Shown here: positions 62,680-64,000 of the stretch, in pieces
How positions within the stretch are numbered: position 1 is the first letter of the stretch
How the letters are laid out: each line of letters opens with the position of its first letter
Origin: a virus
Taxonomy: Duplodnaviria; Caudoviricetes
DNA length: 64,000 nucleotides
Virus record (IMG/VR): IMGVR_UViG_3300033120_000337
Span: 8,448 to 72,447 of that record
Strand: one strand, 5' to 3'
The notes under the pieces: generated by a model
Databases searched by the model: none
What the model saw: the letters and a program-made list of their open reading frames with translations, nothing else
Told to the model about the DNA's origin: nothing
Program-made: the position numbers and the translations under genes

Positions 62680-63417
62680 ATGGACCCTATCACGGACGAT
62701 ATTACCCAAGCTCTTGACGTTTCATCTGAGATGGATGCCTCAGTTGCTACTGTCACCTACGTCAAGGGGTATGTAGTTCCCGAGGGTGCTCTTCGTATTC
62801 GTATTCTCAATGAAAAGGGTAAAAGTCAGTGGCGCAAAGTTACTGAGGTTTTGCCTTCGGATACTGTTGAGTTGGGTGCTAGCGGTCAACCTCAATGGAT
62901 GAGACACCAGATCGGAAGACCCTCAAAGACCAAGAGTTTACATGAGGAACTTCCACCAATAAACCCATTGGTAGGGGATTTGATTAGGGTCAAGGAAGCA
63001 GGGATGCGTTCTGACCCGATCATTCTGGTTGCTGAAGCCAACCCTCAATCTTCTGAGGTTCTTGATCAAATCGTGTTGGGGATCGCAGAGGAGGCAGCCT
63101 CTTTGCGGTTTGAACGTCAAGAAGCTGAGCGGCAAGGTCTGGAGACTTCTGTCTTCTCCATGAGACGTGTTGCTTCCCTAAAGTCTCTTGCAGACACTTG
63201 GATCAAACGCAAAGAACAGATTCAGAATCAGACCATCGATTTGGACAGCCCAGCTTTCCAAGCTGTCTTCCAGTTCATCTCCGAGACCTACGCAAGAGCT
63301 ATGGCAGCGGCTTCTGTTCGACCTGAGCTTGCAGACAGTGTCGTAGCGCAGTTTGCTAAGCTCCTTGATGATGAGTGGAAGAATGAGGCCAAGTCTCGAA
63401 TGTCTGGAGACGAATGA
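62680..63417 (+). CDS. hypothetical protein, candidate terminase small subunit
   Basis: Stop overlaps the terminase large subunit start; helical C-terminal half. Positional inference only. Confidence 0.5.
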   Translation: MDPITDDITQALDVSSEMDASVATVTYVKGYVVPEGALRIRILNEKGKSQWRKVTEVLPSDTVELGASGQPQWMRHQIGRPSKTKSLHEELPPINPLVGDLIRVKEAGMRSDPIILVAEANPQSSEVLDQIVLGIAEEAASLRFERQEAERQGLETSVFSMRRVASLKSLADTWIKRKEQIQNQTIDLDSPAFQAVFQFISETYARAMAAASVRPELADSVVAQFAKLLDDEWKNEAKSRMSGDE

Positions 63418-64000
63418 GTCTCGCGAACCTAGCTCTTTCTGGAGCCCGTGCAGCTGCTTCAGGTGGGCAGAAGCAACTAGCAGACGTAATTGAGTTCATT
63501 GAGGAGCCATGGGGTTTGGGCATGAAGCTCTTCCCTGTTCAGAAAGTGATCCTCAAAGCTCATTACGGAATAGAGCTGGATGACACCAAGCTCTTCACTA
63601 TTTCGGATTGGAGAAGGCAGAAGTTCACTCAGTTTACTGAGAAGGGCTACTTGAAGTACCTTTTTGAAGAAGGTCGCTCTTCAATCTCAGAAGTGGTTCC
63701 AGGAGAAGACCGTAGAGAGATGATTCTCTCAATTGGACGACGCTCGGGAAAGACTACGATTTCAGCTGCAATCGCCAGCTATGAGACCTACAAGCTGATT
63801 TCAAAGGGGAACCCACAGGAGTATTACGGACTACCTGCTGCCAACCCGATTCAGCTGATCTCAGTGGCAACAGACAAAGATCAGGCTGGTCTTCTGTACC
63901 AGGAAGTTTCTGGACACTATAGAAACTGCGCGTTCTTTGCTCCATACACAGCAAACAACACCATGTCCTACGCGCGCTTCCAGACGCCTAAGGACATCGA
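63414..64000 (+). CDS. terL: terminase large subunit, N-terminal part (runs off the window)
   Basis: Hand translation from ATG 63414 gives DVIEFIEEPWGLG.KLFPVQKVILK, Walker A IGRRSGKTT and ISVATDKDQA; open to the window end. Confidence 0.85.
   Translation, partial: MSLANLALSGARAAASGGQKQLADVIEFIEEPWGLGMKLFPVQKVILKAHYGIELDDTKLFTISDWRRQKFTQFTEKGYLKYLFEEGRSSISEVVPGEDRREMILSIGRRSGKTTISAAIASYETYKLISKGNPQEYYGLPAANPIQLISVATDKDQAGLLYQEVSGHYRNCAFFAPYTANNTMSYARFQTPKDI

Overview
This 64 kb window looks like part of a large tailed dsDNA phage (jumbo-like) using the standard genetic code. No rRNA or CRISPR array was found. From left to right it holds: (1) accessory and virion genes, including an RlaP-type nucleotidyltransferase, a Tad2/DUF2829-like protein, a SET-domain protein, a ferritin-like protein, a GroEL-like chaperonin, large beta-rich virion proteins, a C39 peptidase fusion, a divergent pair of sigma-like genes, a frameshifted CCA-adding enzyme and an ADP-ribosyltransferase-like protein; (2) a ~9.6 kb RNA island (23.1-32.7 kb) with 38 CCA-less tRNAs covering all 20 amino acids, a tmRNA, a Ro60/TROVE gene, HNH and PD-(D/E)xK endonuclease genes and many unassigned structured RNAs; (3) a replication/recombination block (HolB/HolA/DnaX/DnaN-like, NrdAB, RecD2, SSB, RuvC, RecA, split SbcC, SbcD, primase, NusG, sigma-like); (4) head/virion genes and the start of the terminase. 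The strongest unexplained signals are four. First, five Y-RNA-like genes share one stem-ATAC-stem-TACA module, three of them with circularly permuted tRNA domains, alongside the Ro60 gene. Second, a 27-28 nt H-type pseudoknot recurs seven times with compensatory changes, one copy abutting the SSB ribosome-binding site. Third, a ~28 aa leader is shared by three unrelated cargo proteins. Fourth, a CCA-ending tRNA-like RNA has a 72-nt D-loop. All calls come from reading motifs and base-pairing by eye; no database search or folding program was run.
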